A stretch of 50,058 bases of DNA, filler included, from Jimgerdemannia flammicorona (Eukaryota), in assembly GCA_003990765.1 (NCBI GenBank). It is 2 parts of 2 records of this genome, joined end to end, with 100 filler letters (N's around TTAATTAATTAA, not from the genome) between each part and the next. Parts side by side here need not be neighbours in the genome. Positions count along the whole stretch, not along the records: positions 25,085 to 50,058 come from RBNJ01000897.1; 1 more part is not named here. One strand, given 5' to 3'. The position numbers and the translations under genes are program-made. Positions 32,660-47,621 of the stretch are shown in pieces (the first letter of the stretch is position 1; the number at the start of each line of letters is the position of its first letter). Below the pieces are notes generated by a model that was not told the DNA's origin, ran no database searches, and was given only the letters and a program-made list of their open reading frames with translations.

Positions 32660-34900
32660 TATTACTAGAGGTTTGTATAATTTGAATATTACTAGAGAAA
32701 GGTATGTTGATATATATACTTTATAAATATAAACTCTCAGTAAAAAGAAAGAAATACTACTTCTTCAAGAAGAAAATTAAATATCTAGAATATATTATCT
32801 CAGAAAATAGTATTGCTATTGATCCCAAGAAGATTCAAGTAATCTGTAATTGGTCTATCTCAAAGACTTTTAAGTCTCAATAAGAATTCAATAAACTAGT
32901 AGGATATTATAGAAGATTTATTCAAGAATTCTCCACAATTACCTCTCAACTTATAAGTCTTATCAGAAAGAGAGTCAATATTGAAAAAGAACAAATAGAA
33001 GGATACATTATAGCCATGAATACTCTTGACTAATTTACTAATTTTTATTAGTTCTAATTTAATAGAATCCTTTATAGTTATTACTGATACTTTAAATATT
33101 ACTATTAGAACTGTTCTGACTTAATATAAATACTCTGTTAGTTATCTATCTTAGGAACTCAATGAATATGAAAGAAACTATACTATATAAGATAAGAAAC
33201 TTCTTACTATAATCTGATCTCTATAAGTATAGAGATACTTCCTCTTCAGCAAAATATTCACTTTATGGACAGACTATTAAGCCCTTGAATATATTCAGAT
33301 ACAGTCAATTCTTACAGAAAGACAGGCTTGATAGATGTAGATCCTTGTATTCTTTAATATCAAAATTAAGCATATTGCTAAAATTAAGAATGAAGTAGCT
33401 GATATACTCTCTCAAAGTAGTTAGAAAGATGACCTTACTATAATTAGTAACATTGTCATCAGCCTATTTGAAGAAGTCAAGACAGAGTATACCAAAGATA
33501 TCAATATATGTATAAGAAATTGTTAAACAAATTCTCAAAGAAGATAGTAATATCATTAAGAAGATCTACAAGAATATATCTATTTAAAATAGATATATAT
33601 ATTTTAATAATATAAGAATTTAGATATCTGACATCTCTATTTATCTACAAATTCTATAAGAACTATATAATATACTTATAGCTAAATATATAAGATTTGA
33701 CAAGATATATCAGTATATTACTCAAGATTTTTATTAATATAAAATAATATCTGATATTAAGAATTATATCATAATTTGTGATATCTGCCAAAGATATAAG
33801 TCTAGTAACTAGGCACCAGCTAACATACTATAGTTACTACTAATTCTCATCCAAAATTAGAACTATATTAGAATGAACTTTATTATTTAGTTGCCAAAAA
33901 CCAAGAAAGAAAAAGATATAATTATTGTTTTTATTAATTGCCTCAACAAGTAGACCTATTTTATTATAATAATCACCACTACAATAGTGCTAGAAATAGT
34001 ATAGCTATTTATTGACAATATATTCTATCTTTACAGACTACTATCAGTAATTATCTTAGATGTAAAATTCATAAGTAACTTTTGACAAGCACTTTTTAAA
34101 AACTAAAGTATAACTAAAAATATCTATAATATACTATCTGCAAACAGATGATTAGATAGAAAGAATTAATTAAACCTTAAAGTAGATACTTAGTATCCAT
34201 TATAGCTATAAGTAAAATGATTGAGATAAAAAGCTAACTCTAGCCAAATTTATATATATATAATAACAGTATAAGTACAAGTATCAAAATGCTATTTTAT
34301 CTAAACTATAGATAATATCTATAAACTTCTATAGTTATTATCTAAACTATAAGACTAGCTATATAAAGAATTACTGATACTATATAAAGTAATATCCAGT
34401 AAGTAAGAGATACTCTTATAGAGACAAAAAGAATATAAGTAATATATACTAACAAAAATAAAAGAGAAGTTATCTATAAAAAGAAAGAATAAGTATTACT
34501 CAGTACTTGATATCTGACCCTAGATAATATAAGCCTCAAAAAGAAGTTTAGATTTTACTATATTAGATCATTTAAAATTCTCAATAAATATGAATCTATT
34601 ATATATAAGTTGCAATACTAGAAAGAATTCACCTAGTATTTTATATATCTCAACTTCAGTTATATACTTTGAATATCTTTGAAGAAGAACTATACTATCT
34701 CCAGATCTAGTAATTATTAATCAGTAACTAAAATATAAAGTAGACTATATTCTAGATTATAAGAATCACTGATTTGGACAAACTATCAAGCCCACCCAGT
34801 ATTACTTTGTAAAATGGAAAGAATATCTCAAGTATAATACTATCTAGAAAAAAAAAGAAAATCTTTTACAAAATATAAAAGAAGTAGTAATCTAATACAG
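32660..34900 (+). mobile_element. Heavily eroded chromovirus-type Ty3/gypsy remnant (RT end, RNase H, integrase, chromodomain)
   Basis: KIKYLEYII, DPKKIQVI.NW, GYYRRFIQEFS, PFIVITD, ERNY, TDY.AL; integrase remnants; chromodomain-like YKVDYILD..YFVKWKEY..ENL at ~34730-34870; dense TAA/TAG stops. Confidence 0.82.
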
Positions 34901-37900
34901 ATATCTAATATAATAGAAATTCTGATGAAATTTCTAAAAAATAGTTATACTTCTAAATATCTCTAATAAAGAGAAGTATAAATATTCTGAAATAATTCTA
35001 TATAGATAACCTATCTCTAATATGAGTATCTAGCAATGATACCAAGAATAAACTAAGAACAAGATTATACTACTATTCTTTTAACTATCAAATATCAATA
35101 GAATTCTACTGAACTACTTTTTGTCAATATATAAATCTCTAGAGACTCAGATCTAAATAAAGACTAATAATATCTTAAAATAATCTAATATTTTTAGACT
35201 TTTACTACTATTAAGAATTAAAGGAGTATTGTAAGATAGAATATCTTATCTATTAATAAACTACTCTTAGTATTGCTAAATAATAAGCCTACCTTTTCAT
35301 TAATAACTATATATATCTATACTATTGCTAAAAGACTCTATGCTCTTTTCTATATCTCATCTCAAGTCCTTAATTACTTCTGTGGAGTATTCTCTAAGAA
35401 TATTGTCAACTTAAGTAGAAAAATAAAACAATATTATGTATCTTTTAAGTAATCTAGTATACTGTCTTTCAGTTTGATGAGTATTTAGAGTTTGGTACCA
35501 AGTTTAATGAGTAGGCTTAGATAAAGAAAGGAGAGATATAATGAATTATTATATATTTATAAGCCACTGGAAATTCTAATAAAAATTTCTATAAAATTTC
35601 TAACTATTAGTTATAGTTACTCAAAATAGTATAAATATATATAGTATATTATATTTAGTTATAGTTTCAAATATATATAAATACTCTCTATATTAAGTAT
35701 ATTATAACCTCAGCTTTACTTTCTCTGAATATAAGAATAAAGTGGTATTCTTATTATAGAATCCTTAGATCTAACTTATTAATAATTCCAAGTCTGATCA
35801 ACTTAAGATATAAATATGGTACTTCTATCAGTATAAGAATTTAAAAACAATATCTGAACTCTACTATAATAAGTAATTGAAACTCAGTACTTCTTCAAAA
35901 ACTCAGAACTTAGAGTTAATAATCATCATTAACTATCTATAATATATTAATAAAATTAATATATAGTTTTATTATAATATCTAAAACTATGGTCTCTATT
36001 CTTAATTTATTATATTTAGCTCAATATCTTCTTATATATATCCCTTCTTCTGTAATATAATATAGCTTAGGAAGGCCATCCAGGAATATCAGCAGAAGAA
36101 TCTAAGAGAAAGATGAAGAACATGAGGAGAAACAAGTAGAAACACCTCTCTGGACTCCTTTATCTTTTGTCTCTAAGACAAATGAGCTACTCCCAGAAGT
36201 TGAAGAAATCAAGTAAAAAGAATGAGAACCTGCTGCTCCAAAGCTCAAGAAGAAGTACACCCTGAAGACTATACCCAGAGACATCTATAATAAAGTCTGG
36301 TAGAAGATTCAAGAAGCCAAAATAAGAGTCTCTCTTCTGTAGTTCCTGCAACTGACATCAGCTAGAGTCTAAAACAAATTGCTAAGGACTACCAGGTCTA
36401 GTACTGACTGAGTTCCAATTCCACAATAAGAGCCAGCCCCTACCCCTATCCAGGCTGCAGAGAGGCATATCAGCACCTATATATATGGATATATTGGAGA
36501 ACAAAATCATAGACACAGGAGCAGCTATCTGTATTATTATTAAATAATTCCTGAATACCCTCCAATGGCCTATTGATGAACCATCCAACCTCAGCATCAT
36601 AGTAGTAGATAGAAACATCACTATCTCTCTGGGAATATATCCAGTTCTCCATCTCAAAAGCTATTGTCACTGAAGCTCTCATCTATAATATAATTCTTGG
36701 TACCAACTAGATGAAGAAAATGAATATAGTTATTGATATTAGTCAATAAGTACTCAAGTTTGACTACCAAGGTAAGAAGTACAAAATTAAGATAATCAGC
36801 TATAAGTAATTGAAGAAGAAGAAGAAGGTAACTATCTAGGAAGAATATGCCAGCAGTGAAGAATCTACCATAGAAGAGGAAGAAGAATCTGAAGATAGAA
36901 ATGATTCCAGACTCAATCTCTGAATCAACCTAGTGGATTACAGGTCAGAAGATAATATCTGGACCAAGAACACCATCTCCATCACTATTGGAGCCATTGT
37001 AGGAGAAATCAAAAGATGCCCTATCTGCCTCAAGAGATATAAGTGCCCTGAGCACTCTTCCAAGATTATTGAGACAAGGAATTCACCTGGCACAGCCTGC
37101 CCTGAGTACCAAAGGAAGAAGAAGAAATGCAGACATTTTCCAGAAATACCTGCAGCTAAAGCTGTAGAAGTACAAGTAATTTGGAGTCAAGAATCATCTG
37201 AGGAAGAAGGAGCCTCTAAATAGGAGGTTTCTGAACAAGAAGTGCCTGAAGAAGAGGTCCCCAAACTTATTCCTTGGAATGACTCTTGCTGAACACCACC
37301 TGAAGACAATGATCCCTAGAATATTAAGGAAGGACTCAGTACAATTTCCATCATTTCCAATCAAGAAACTCACCAAGAAAAAGCTTTTTGACTAGAAAGA
37401 TATTCACATCAAATGATCTTTCACTCTTTCCAAGACTACTGTTATCAGTGTCACCTCATAGACCAATAAGAGAGATAGAGACCCTGAAGACTAGAACCTC
37501 CAACTACAGTAGTACAGTCAACCACCTTTTAAGAAATTATCACCAAGTCATAAAGCCAATTTAGAGGATAAGACCTCTTTACTTGAACAAAGGTATACCC
37601 TCTATCCACTCTTCCTCCAACTTATGATCAAAATAGATATCAATTCTCAAGACAACAAGAGATTAATAATCAGGAACAGCATTTTCAAGCAATGAGATAT
37701 TGCAATCATAGAAGACACCTAGACTGCCAAGACTATAGATACCAGAAAATTTACCTCAGTTATGATATTGTGATCCACACCTTGAAGAGAGGAGATAACA
37801 GAGGCTAGATCTGAAAAGGTTAGACCAAGAAGCCAGAAAGAAGAACCCTTAAGATCTATGATCTAGGAAAATATATCTCAGCTCTCATCAGACATGCAAT

Positions 37901-40900
37901 CTGCTAAGGATGGATAGAAGATGCTGCCAACTTTATATAAGCCCTAGACACTACAGGAAAAAGAGGAATCAATTATCTCCAAGACTCCTCTACTGAAGCC
38001 AGATGGCTGCATCTCAATCTCAGAGCTTGGAGACTCTCTGCTAGTAGAGCTTCAGCCCAAGGATAGTTTGTACTTAGCAAGGATATTGCCCAGTATGCTC
38101 TACTACATCTCAAGGCCAAACCCCTGACCAAAGCTCACCAAGAAGATATAGGGTATGATCTCTACAGTCTGGATGATGAACTCATGGAGCCTGGAAAAAC
38201 AATATTAATTAGAACTGGACAAGCTATGTAGCTACCCCAAGGAACTTATATCCAACTGACCTCAAGATCTGGACTTACCAGAAAAGGAATAACTGTAGAA
38301 GGAGGAACTATTGACCCAGGATATACAGGCAAAATTAAGGTCATTCTATACAACAGTAGTACAGAATGATACCAAATCATGAGAGGACAGAAGGTCACCC
38401 AAGCAGTCTTCATGAAGGTCAAGACTCCCCAACTGTAAGAAGTCTCCAAACTGACTGAAGAAACAAGACAAGCCAAAGGATTTGGAAGCTCAGACTAAAA
38501 AGAAGTACACCTTCTTCAAGTCAATTATCTCAAGAGGAATGTTCCCCAGCAAGTGTACTGCCAACTGGTCAATTGTACAAGAATCTCATCCTGGAGCCTG
38601 AAGAACAAACTACCTTTGAAATCTTTATACCACTCAATCCCAGAAATCTCTTCTTCAAACTCAATGAAGATAACCCAAACATAGATATTGAAGGATATAC
38701 ATTCTCTAATAAGATGAATCCAGTGTACTTCTGAGCAACCAACCAGAGTTGGAAAACCATCATCTTGTCAAAAGAAACCATCATAGGACATCTGGTGCCT
38801 TTTCTCACCTGAACTCATAGAGAAGTTTATGAACTAAACTTATCAGGAAACAGCAAATAGTCCCAGAAGAAAGGAAAGGCCCCTCTGCGACCCAGGAGAC
38901 AATGAAGTCTTCTACCAACATTGGAGAAGAATTGACACCCCAGCAATGGCAATGACTAGCAGAATTCCTCAACAAATATCAAGATATCTTCACCACAGAC
39001 TATAGCAACCTACCATAAAATCCATCATATGTATCACTACAGCATAAATATGTATAGGAAATACAATACCTATCTGATAGAAACTCTATAGAATATCCCA
39101 TTACCTAAAGACATTTGAAAAGGAATACATTCAGGAACTCTTGGACAATAGAGTCATCTAACCCTCTACTAGCTATTGGGTCAGCTCTATACTTAATGTA
39201 CCAAAGAAAGGAGGATGGAGACTCTACATAGATTACAGAAAACTCAACTCAGTAATCAAAAAGGATGCCTATCTCTTGCCTAGAATTGATGACTATTTGG
39301 ATTAGTTACAAGATACCAGATACTTCAGCAGTATGGACCTTTTCACAGGATTCTACAAGATTTCCATAGACCCCAAAGACATTCAGAAAACAGCCTTCCT
39401 GGCCCTAGAAAAACTGTTTGAGTACCTCTGAATACTCTTTGGACTTTGTAATACATCTCCCACCTTCTAGAGAATGATGAATTCAATTCATGCCCCCCTG
39501 ATCCACTACTGTCTGATTGTATACATGGATGATTCAAATATCTATTCTATATATTTTAAGAAATACTTGCACTATCTAGAAGAATTCTTCAAGCTCACCT
39601 ACAAGAACCACCTGTGACTCAATGCTAAGAAATGCTACTTTGGGAAACAGAAACTTGAATTTCTTGGATTCATACTTTTGAAAGAAGGAATCCATATAGA
39701 CCCAAAGATAATCAAGAAGATCAACAATTGGCCAGTACCCAAGACCCCAAAGGAAACATTATCATTCCTGATACTAGTATCCTACTATAGAAGATTTATT
39801 AAAGACTTCATCCAAATTGCTGCCCCAATCTGAATCCTTTTCAAGAAAGAAGTGCCTTACAAATAGACAGAATCATAAGAGAAAGTCTTCAAAGAACTCA
39901 AGCACCATATGACCACAGCATCAATCCTTGTCTACCCCAATATACAGAAGCCATTTATCTTATATCTAGATGTCTCTAAAGATAGCCTGAGAGCAGTTCT
40001 AGCCCAAGAAGAACCTGACCAACAGCACCATATAATAGCTTATATAAGCTGAGCTACTAATCAACAGCAGATGAACTATGGTAGTACCAAGTTGGAATGC
40101 CTTGCAGTTATATGGGTAGTCACCCTATTCAAGTATTATCTTATCAGAAAAAGATTCATCTTGATTACAGACCATGCAGCTCTCAAATAGCTATTCAATC
40201 ACAAGAAATCTACTGGAATTCTAGTCCACTGGATCCTTATCTTCCAGGATTACAAAATCACTATCATCTACAAAGCAGGGAAAGCTCACAACAATATTAA
40301 TGTACTTTTCTGCCAGCCCTAATGAGTCAGAAGAAGGGTGTACTAAGGAACTATATTCTAAAGGAAGCTCCTCAGATCATTAAGGCACAAGAAGACCTCA
40401 TCTAAAAAGAATATCAGAAAGCCTATCAAGGATAGGTAAATAAAGAAGAAAAGCTGTGAACAATACACCAATATTGGCCTAACCTCAGAATATAAGTCCA
40501 GGATATACTTAGGAAATATAACATCTACCAGAAGTACTAAGGAAGGAAGAACTACCAAGCACTACTACAACCAATCATACCACCAGACAACATCTTCCAG
40601 AGATAGAGAGTAGATATAATTGGACCTCTACCAGTTACATCAAGAAGAAATAAGTATATTCTTGTATTTGTAGAATATCTAACAAAATAGCTTGAGGCTT
40701 TTCCAATAGAAATTGCAGATACCCTGACCATTATAGGCCTTCTCTATGAACTTACACTCAGATATGGACCCCCAGAAGAACTCATCTCTGACCAAGGCAC
40801 AGAATCTATCAATAATATAATCACAAGCTATATCTGAATTTACAAGATCCATCTCAAATAAATTACATTATACCATCCTCAGACCAATGATATGATAGAA

Positions 40901-41443
40901 AGAATGAACCAGATAATTAAGAAAGGACTTTCCTGAGTCAATCCTACCAACTGGGACCTCTGCTTATCTGAGATCCTATGGGAAATTCAGAACACCCCTG
41001 CTGCCTCTACCAAATAAAAGCTATTTGAAATAATATTTGCTAAGAAAACCTGAACTGCTGATCATGAGAATCTCAGAGATCTCCTCAAGAAGGTAGAACT
41101 ATTACATAATTAAGCCTGAGCTCAGATTATCAAAGCCCAAGAAAGACAAAAGAAGTACTATGATCAGAAGTAGAAGGATCAGGAGATCAAGATTGGAGAT
41201 CAAGTACTAGTCTGGAGAAGCATAATTGAAACAAATTTCACTGCCAAACTGGAGCCCAAATGGGAAGGATCTTATCTTGTATACAACATTAGAGGAACCA
41301 GCATCTACTTAAGAAGTATAGATGGATGAACCCTTAGGACACCAGTATACATCAACTGCCTCAAGATATACCTCTCTCACTATGAATCAGACAATTGATC
41401 AGCACCTCCAGACCCTTGTTCTGAGTTCATTCCAATCACTCCC

Positions 41444-44400
41444 CCTTTTTTTAAAGTCACTCAGACTTCCATTTATTACCTCAATCTATATAAATAATAA
41501 TATATATGTACCCACAGTCTCTCAGCCAATGCCCCTCAGATCCCCCTCCCCTCTCTCCATCTCTCTCTGCTGAAGGACAACCCAACCACCTGCCACCTAA
41601 ATCCTCCCTCCACTCTTCTTACAAATACAATTCACCAGATTCTGATGACCCCTCTCACCCAGGCCCCATCCTCTCTACTAACTATTCAAAATGTCAAGTA
41701 TTAACTATTCCCAATATGCTACCCTAGCTCCAACTGTAACCTGCTGGCTCTCCTCAAAGACATGAAGCCAATGACTGGTCAGCCTTACCCAAATTGCCAG
41801 GGCCCATCCTAAGGTCAACCATTCATTCTTAACTCTACCCACTAACCTACATTGGAGGTCCCCCCATCTTCTTCCTTCCCCTCTCACCAGGGGCTGCAAT
41901 CCCAGTCTGCTAGCAACACTGTACCAAAACTCCCCCACAACCTCATACTCCCCTAGCCAATGTTCAGGCATTTGTACCACTCCTCCCTTCTGGCCAATGT
42001 TCAAGTATTCCTCACACTCAAATATGTCATCTGCCACCAAGTGCTCTGACCAATAGTTCAGCATCACATTCTGCCTTAAGAACCTCCACTATACCACCCA
42101 GAACTTGGGGGAAAGTCACTGCATCACCCACTTGCTCCAAAGCCAAACATCATTCTAGTTCCACTCCTTGCCAATCTCTACTCTTTGCCATGCTTCAGGC
42201 CACACATCCCTCCTGAGCTCCTGCAGATATTCCATTCTATTGCCAAGCTGAAAATCCTCCACCAATGTACCTCCCAGTAGTAGCTGGTCCCATCTCCACA
42301 TCTGTGGTCCCCAGTCCTCCTTCCCCTCATCACTCCTCTATTGAAGTCCAATTCACTTTACACTATCCACCACTCTCTACTAAAAGCCTTTGTAGCATAA
42401 CCTCCTGCTCCCATCTATGGCCACTATTGCAAGCAGATCACCAGTCACTCCATAGAGGAAGTACCAGACTTCCTACACCCTCTGTATGAGTGACACCCAC
42501 TCCCAACCTCTTAACTTGCTTGCTCTCTTTAGCCATCATGCTCTCGGGCAATATAGATACTTGGTGAAGTCTACTAAGCCCAGTCTGCCTCTGTCAACAG
42601 GCAGAGTCAGAACCTCCCAGCCTATCTGACTATGCTGCCCAGTCCAAATCTATGATCTTGCTATCTTCAGAAGTTACCTGACCACCTATGTCAAGAAGTT
42701 CAGATGGTACCCCACATACCACAGCTTTGGTAGTTAATATACATTCAGCACCATCACCCTTCCTGCCAAGGATATATGCCTACTACCCCACCTTAAGAAA
42801 ACATTTCCCTATACTAGTAGCCACTGTTCCCACCATATACAGGGCAGAAGGGACCCATATACTGAAAAGTAGATCCCCAAGTACTGGACTGATTCCTCTG
42901 CTGGAATTACTGTTCCAATTATGTTACTGTCAACTATTCTGCTACTTAGCATCAGAGTCTCACATTTGTACCAGTTGAGTTTGGTACCTGAACCCCTCTC
43001 ATATCATTCCATCATCTTCCTTAATTCCTCTACATCCTCTAATGAATCCAGTCCAACCACCATGTCATCTGCAAAAGCCCCCACCTTCCAGTCAATTCCC
43101 AAAATGTCCAAACCCCTAATTTGATACCAGATCCTATCCAATAGGGGCTCCAAGGAAAGGAAATATAGGATGGGTGACAAAGGATCTTCTTGCAGCACCC
43201 TATGACCTAGCAGAAAGGTCACACCTCTATATCCATTCACTACTAATGCTGCTTGACTGTTTTCCAATAGACTGATTAATGACCTCCTGAACTCTGGAGG
43301 AACTTCTACTCATTTCAGCACTCTCTCTAGCCAGACTCTCCTCACTCTGTCATATGCTTTCTCCTGATCCAGAAACACTAACTGGCCATCAACTCCAGCT
43401 ACCCAAGCCCCTTCAATCACTTCATGGACCCAGGCAGTTCTATCTTAGATCAACTAACCACTAACAAATCCTCTCTGCTCTACTCCTAGTACCTGCTGAG
43501 CAATCCCCTACAGCCTAGTCACCAAGATCTTTGTCACTAGCTTGCAGTTTATGTTCAGGAGCATGATTGGCTACCAGTTCTTCCAATCTTCTCTTCTCTC
43601 CTTATCCTTATAGAGCAAGGAGACCAGCCCTAGGTGCTGGCCCCCAATCTAAGTTCCAGATCAAAGGATCTCATTACTCATTGCCATCATCTCCTCCAAT
43701 ACCACCTCCACCCCAGCCATCTTCTTCCAAAAATCCCAGAGAAGCCCATCCTCTTCTGAAGCTATCTCCTTATTTGTTGAAGCCAAGACCTCACATACTT
43801 CCTCTCTCTGCACTGGATCTCCCAGCATCCTCAGGCCCAGAGCTAGGTCTGGATGCCAATTCTCCAACTGCCATTCAATGTTCAGGGCCTTCTTTGTCAC
43901 TTCATAGATTCCCTCAATAAGTCCTCAGCAATCTCAAGATCTTAGGAGTCCCTACCACTATCTCCCCATTCTCATCCAAAATACCATCCCACTGCTATCT
44001 AATTCTCTAAGCTTAGAGCAACCATGAAAGAAATCTAGTAGGTCTCTCCTCCTTCTCCAATCCCTGCCACTACAACCTCACCACTATCTCCTTCAGCTGA
44101 ACCTCTTCCTCCATTTTTAATACTCTCTTTAGCTCATTGACCTCTTTTTGTATCTGCATAATCTGCCAATTGTCTACCCCCCAATCCTCCAGCAATCCCA
44201 CCCACCTCCCCAGAAGTGCTACCAATCTTTGTGAAGCCCATAGTACTTGCTGCTGCTACTGAATACTCCTTCCTTTCTCTGCCTCCCTCCAGTACCTCTG
44301 AGCATTCAATTTCAGCTGCCACCAGTAATCCCCAATCACCAATCCCTGTTTCTGCTATCTACCAATCTTTATAATAACTTCCACCTCCTAGTCTGTCTAT

Positions 44401-47131
44401 AAGAAACTATCCTCCAACAGAGAAAAATTCAGTTGCCAATGTCCAGACCCATTCTCACTTCCCCCAAATCTCTCACTTCCTATCAGACCCCAGTGATCTG
44501 ACCAAGAGCACCAAACCACCTCTAATATATCTCAGACATTCACTCTCCAGCACTCCACCATCAATACCCAGTTGATCCTAGAGTCCAGCCCTGCCACCCA
44601 GTGAGTATAAATTTGGTACTCCTCCCAAAACTATCACTCTAAGTCAACCAAGAAACTCAATCTCTCAATCTCCATCCAATCATCCAACCCACCACTTTTA
44701 CCTCTCATTCCTCTCCTGCCATTAGTTCTGTTCACCCCATTATCACATACTATGTTGAAATCACCTCTCAGGCAATCAATCTCTGCCTCACCCATAACAC
44801 CAGTCTCTCTCAAGCCTCTGATCCAATCTATATGCTCCCCTCTCTCAGCCAGACAATAACATGACCCAATAGTCAAAGGGTTCCACCCAGGCCTCTTCTA
44901 TACTCTCCACACCAACCTACTCTCCTAATGTCCAATATCTCCAATATCCCCCATCCCCTTTCAAACCAGAATGCCCATCTGCCCAGTCTATACCACTGCC
45001 CCACCCCATTCTCTAGTCCAGTCCTGTAAGTCTACATCTACCTCATACTGCACATCCTGCAGTAAGAAGAGATCTGCATCCAGTTTCTTCAATCAGCCAA
45101 ATATATTCCTTCACTATACTGCCTCTCTCAACCCATTCATATTCAAAGAAAAGATTCTGATTGTTCTGTTCATATTGAATAATGTTTGATATTGAGAGCT
45201 CAGTCTAGAATTCCATACTCATCCTGTCACCAGCAAGATCCAAGTGCTGCTCTACCTCCAACTCACCCTCCACTACAGCCTGAGCATCCAGTGCTTCCAA
45301 GATTTCCTAATACTCTACCCCATCCACAACCTCTATTTCTGTCTGATAATCCATACATACCACTCTCCACTTCTTTAACTCCTTCCTTGAATTCCATAAG
45401 TATACTGTCTAGTTATTTGCAATCCCTCAAAGGGCCTCCTCTCTCTTGATATTCCTCTGACTCCAATAGCACTGCCAGAATCTCATTTCTAATCTTCCTT
45501 GGTACCTCCTCCCCATGGAGAATTTCCTCCCAATGCCTATCACTTAGGACTCAAAAGTCCTCTCCCCCTAGCTCCTCAGCCACCACCTCCTCCAGAGTCT
45601 TCCACAGCCACTTCTCTTCATTTACTATCTCAGCAATACTCCAGGCAACTCCTTTGACCTATACCACAGAGTCTACCAAGGTGCTCCTCCTCCCTGACTC
45701 ATCCTACTCCTTCAATATATGTATTAAGTAGTTCTTCCTCTCCATCTGCCCCACTTGGGATGCCATATTGAGGGTGGACTTCCTCATCTATTTCAGCATC
45801 CTCTACTATGCTGCCCAGTCCCTCCTCACTTGAACTACCCTGGGCAGCATCCTGGGCCATCCTGCACTCCCCTGCCTAAGCATTCTCCATCAGTCTGGCA
45901 CTCCTTTCTCCTGTGCCACCACCTGCTACCCCTCCTCCCAACTTCTCCAAAAGCTCTTTCTGGATTCACCTCCCCTGCTCCTTCCAGGCCACCCTGTCCT
46001 TCCTGATCTTCTTTCCATCCACAATCTCCACTACCATCTTGGCTTCATACTCCTTCTAAGCCAATCTAGTCCTCTCTACTACTTCTGCCAGATTCTCAAG
46101 AGCCTCCAATAAGTCCTCCTCTTCCTCTGACATCCCCTTCACTCACAAAACTTTGCATTCAACTAATTCCTACTTAAGGGTTGCTGACCAATCCCTTGCC
46201 TTCTCAGTATTCTCCTTCTCAGCTAGCCTTACTCTGATATTGATATCTCCTGTCCAGAGTTCAGTACCCTCTCAGACTCTGAACCTGATGTCCATGATTT
46301 TCCCATATTCCTTGACCACCTCCACAATCAACTCCCTGGCCTTCTCTCTTGATACTGTAGGAAGATCTAACACCATCAACTATACTACTTAGGAGTCCCA
46401 GCATATATATCTAGCCATTGAAACCACTACTCCACCCACCACTACCTCTTTTCCACAGCCTCCAAAAATGATGCCTCTTCCTCAAATCTAACCTTAACTC
46501 CTTCCTTCCCCTTCAAGAACTTCAACAAAGCCACCTCTTTCACCTCCTGCACTACCAGCCCCAAAATCATCCTTATAGTTACTGCCAAGTCTCAAAAGTA
46601 CAATATAACAGTGAATTCTAACCTTGACTTTTTGAGTAACAGTGCTGACACCATACCAGTCATGCCATCTGCCAGGTCCCCAGGCCTTGTACCCTCCCCC
46701 TGTCCGGATCTGTCAATAACCATCACATCTGGATTTTTTTCCAGATCCCCAGTCACAACTCTATTAGCAGTCACATCTCTAGTCTCTACTCCCCCCTCCT
46801 CTCTACTGTCTGACCCTCTCATGGGGGCCCCTCTCTGTCCTTTAACTAAAGCCATTGATACCTTCTCAGTCTCAACCAACTATCCAGACCAGATGCCATC
46901 CTCCTCATCTTGACCTTATCAGCAAAGGTTGTCCTCCCTTCTTCTCATTGCCTCAATCTGCCTCTCTCTCCACCAATAGCACCATAGCCAACCATAGAAG
47001 ACTCTGGTATTCCCAAACTATCTCCCCACCTCCTCCCTACATGCTACTAGTTGAAGGCACTGCTGCTCCCCTGGCTGATAGTCTTCTTTTACCAAAAATG
47101 TTGTAAAAAGTATTGTCTGAGTCTTGATTTT
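41444..47131 (-). mobile_element. Full-length, decayed L1/Tx1-like LINE (LINE 2), a different family from LINE 1
   Basis: TSD TTCCAATCACTCCC at 41430-41443 and 47132-47145; short T-run 41446-41452; ORF2 ATG at 45173 (LNMNGL, GDFN, DQEKAYDRV, LQEDPLSP, AFADD). Confidence 0.9.
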
Positions 47132-47621
47132 TTCCAATCACTCCCAGTTCCTCTTTTAAGCCAATGGAAACCCCCTTCAGCAAATCCAGACTCATCAAGA
47201 GAACCTCACCCTGGCTAGATATTTACTACAAGTCTATCAGCTATAGTCCTACTATACAATTGGAGAATAGTTGCAGAACTTTCCAGTAGCAGACCTGACC
47301 TATATCAGAAACTCCACTGGCCTAACCCAGAAAAACACCACTACTGCAGACAGATTGTACACTATCTATAAATAAAATATCCCAGCACTGATATAGACCC
47401 AATTCTCCCTGAATGATATATAAATATGAATTCTACCACCTACTGGAGTATCATCAATCATATTGAAATCCTGTTTTCAGAGGAAGAAGAAGAATCTGTT
47501 AAGTAGAGTAACTCTGATCCCAATGAAGATACTAGTTCAGATATTGATACTAAAGATGCTTATACACATTGGAATGATGACTAAAGGATTGTCTGAGAGC
47601 AGACCATCCTTTAGTGGGGGC

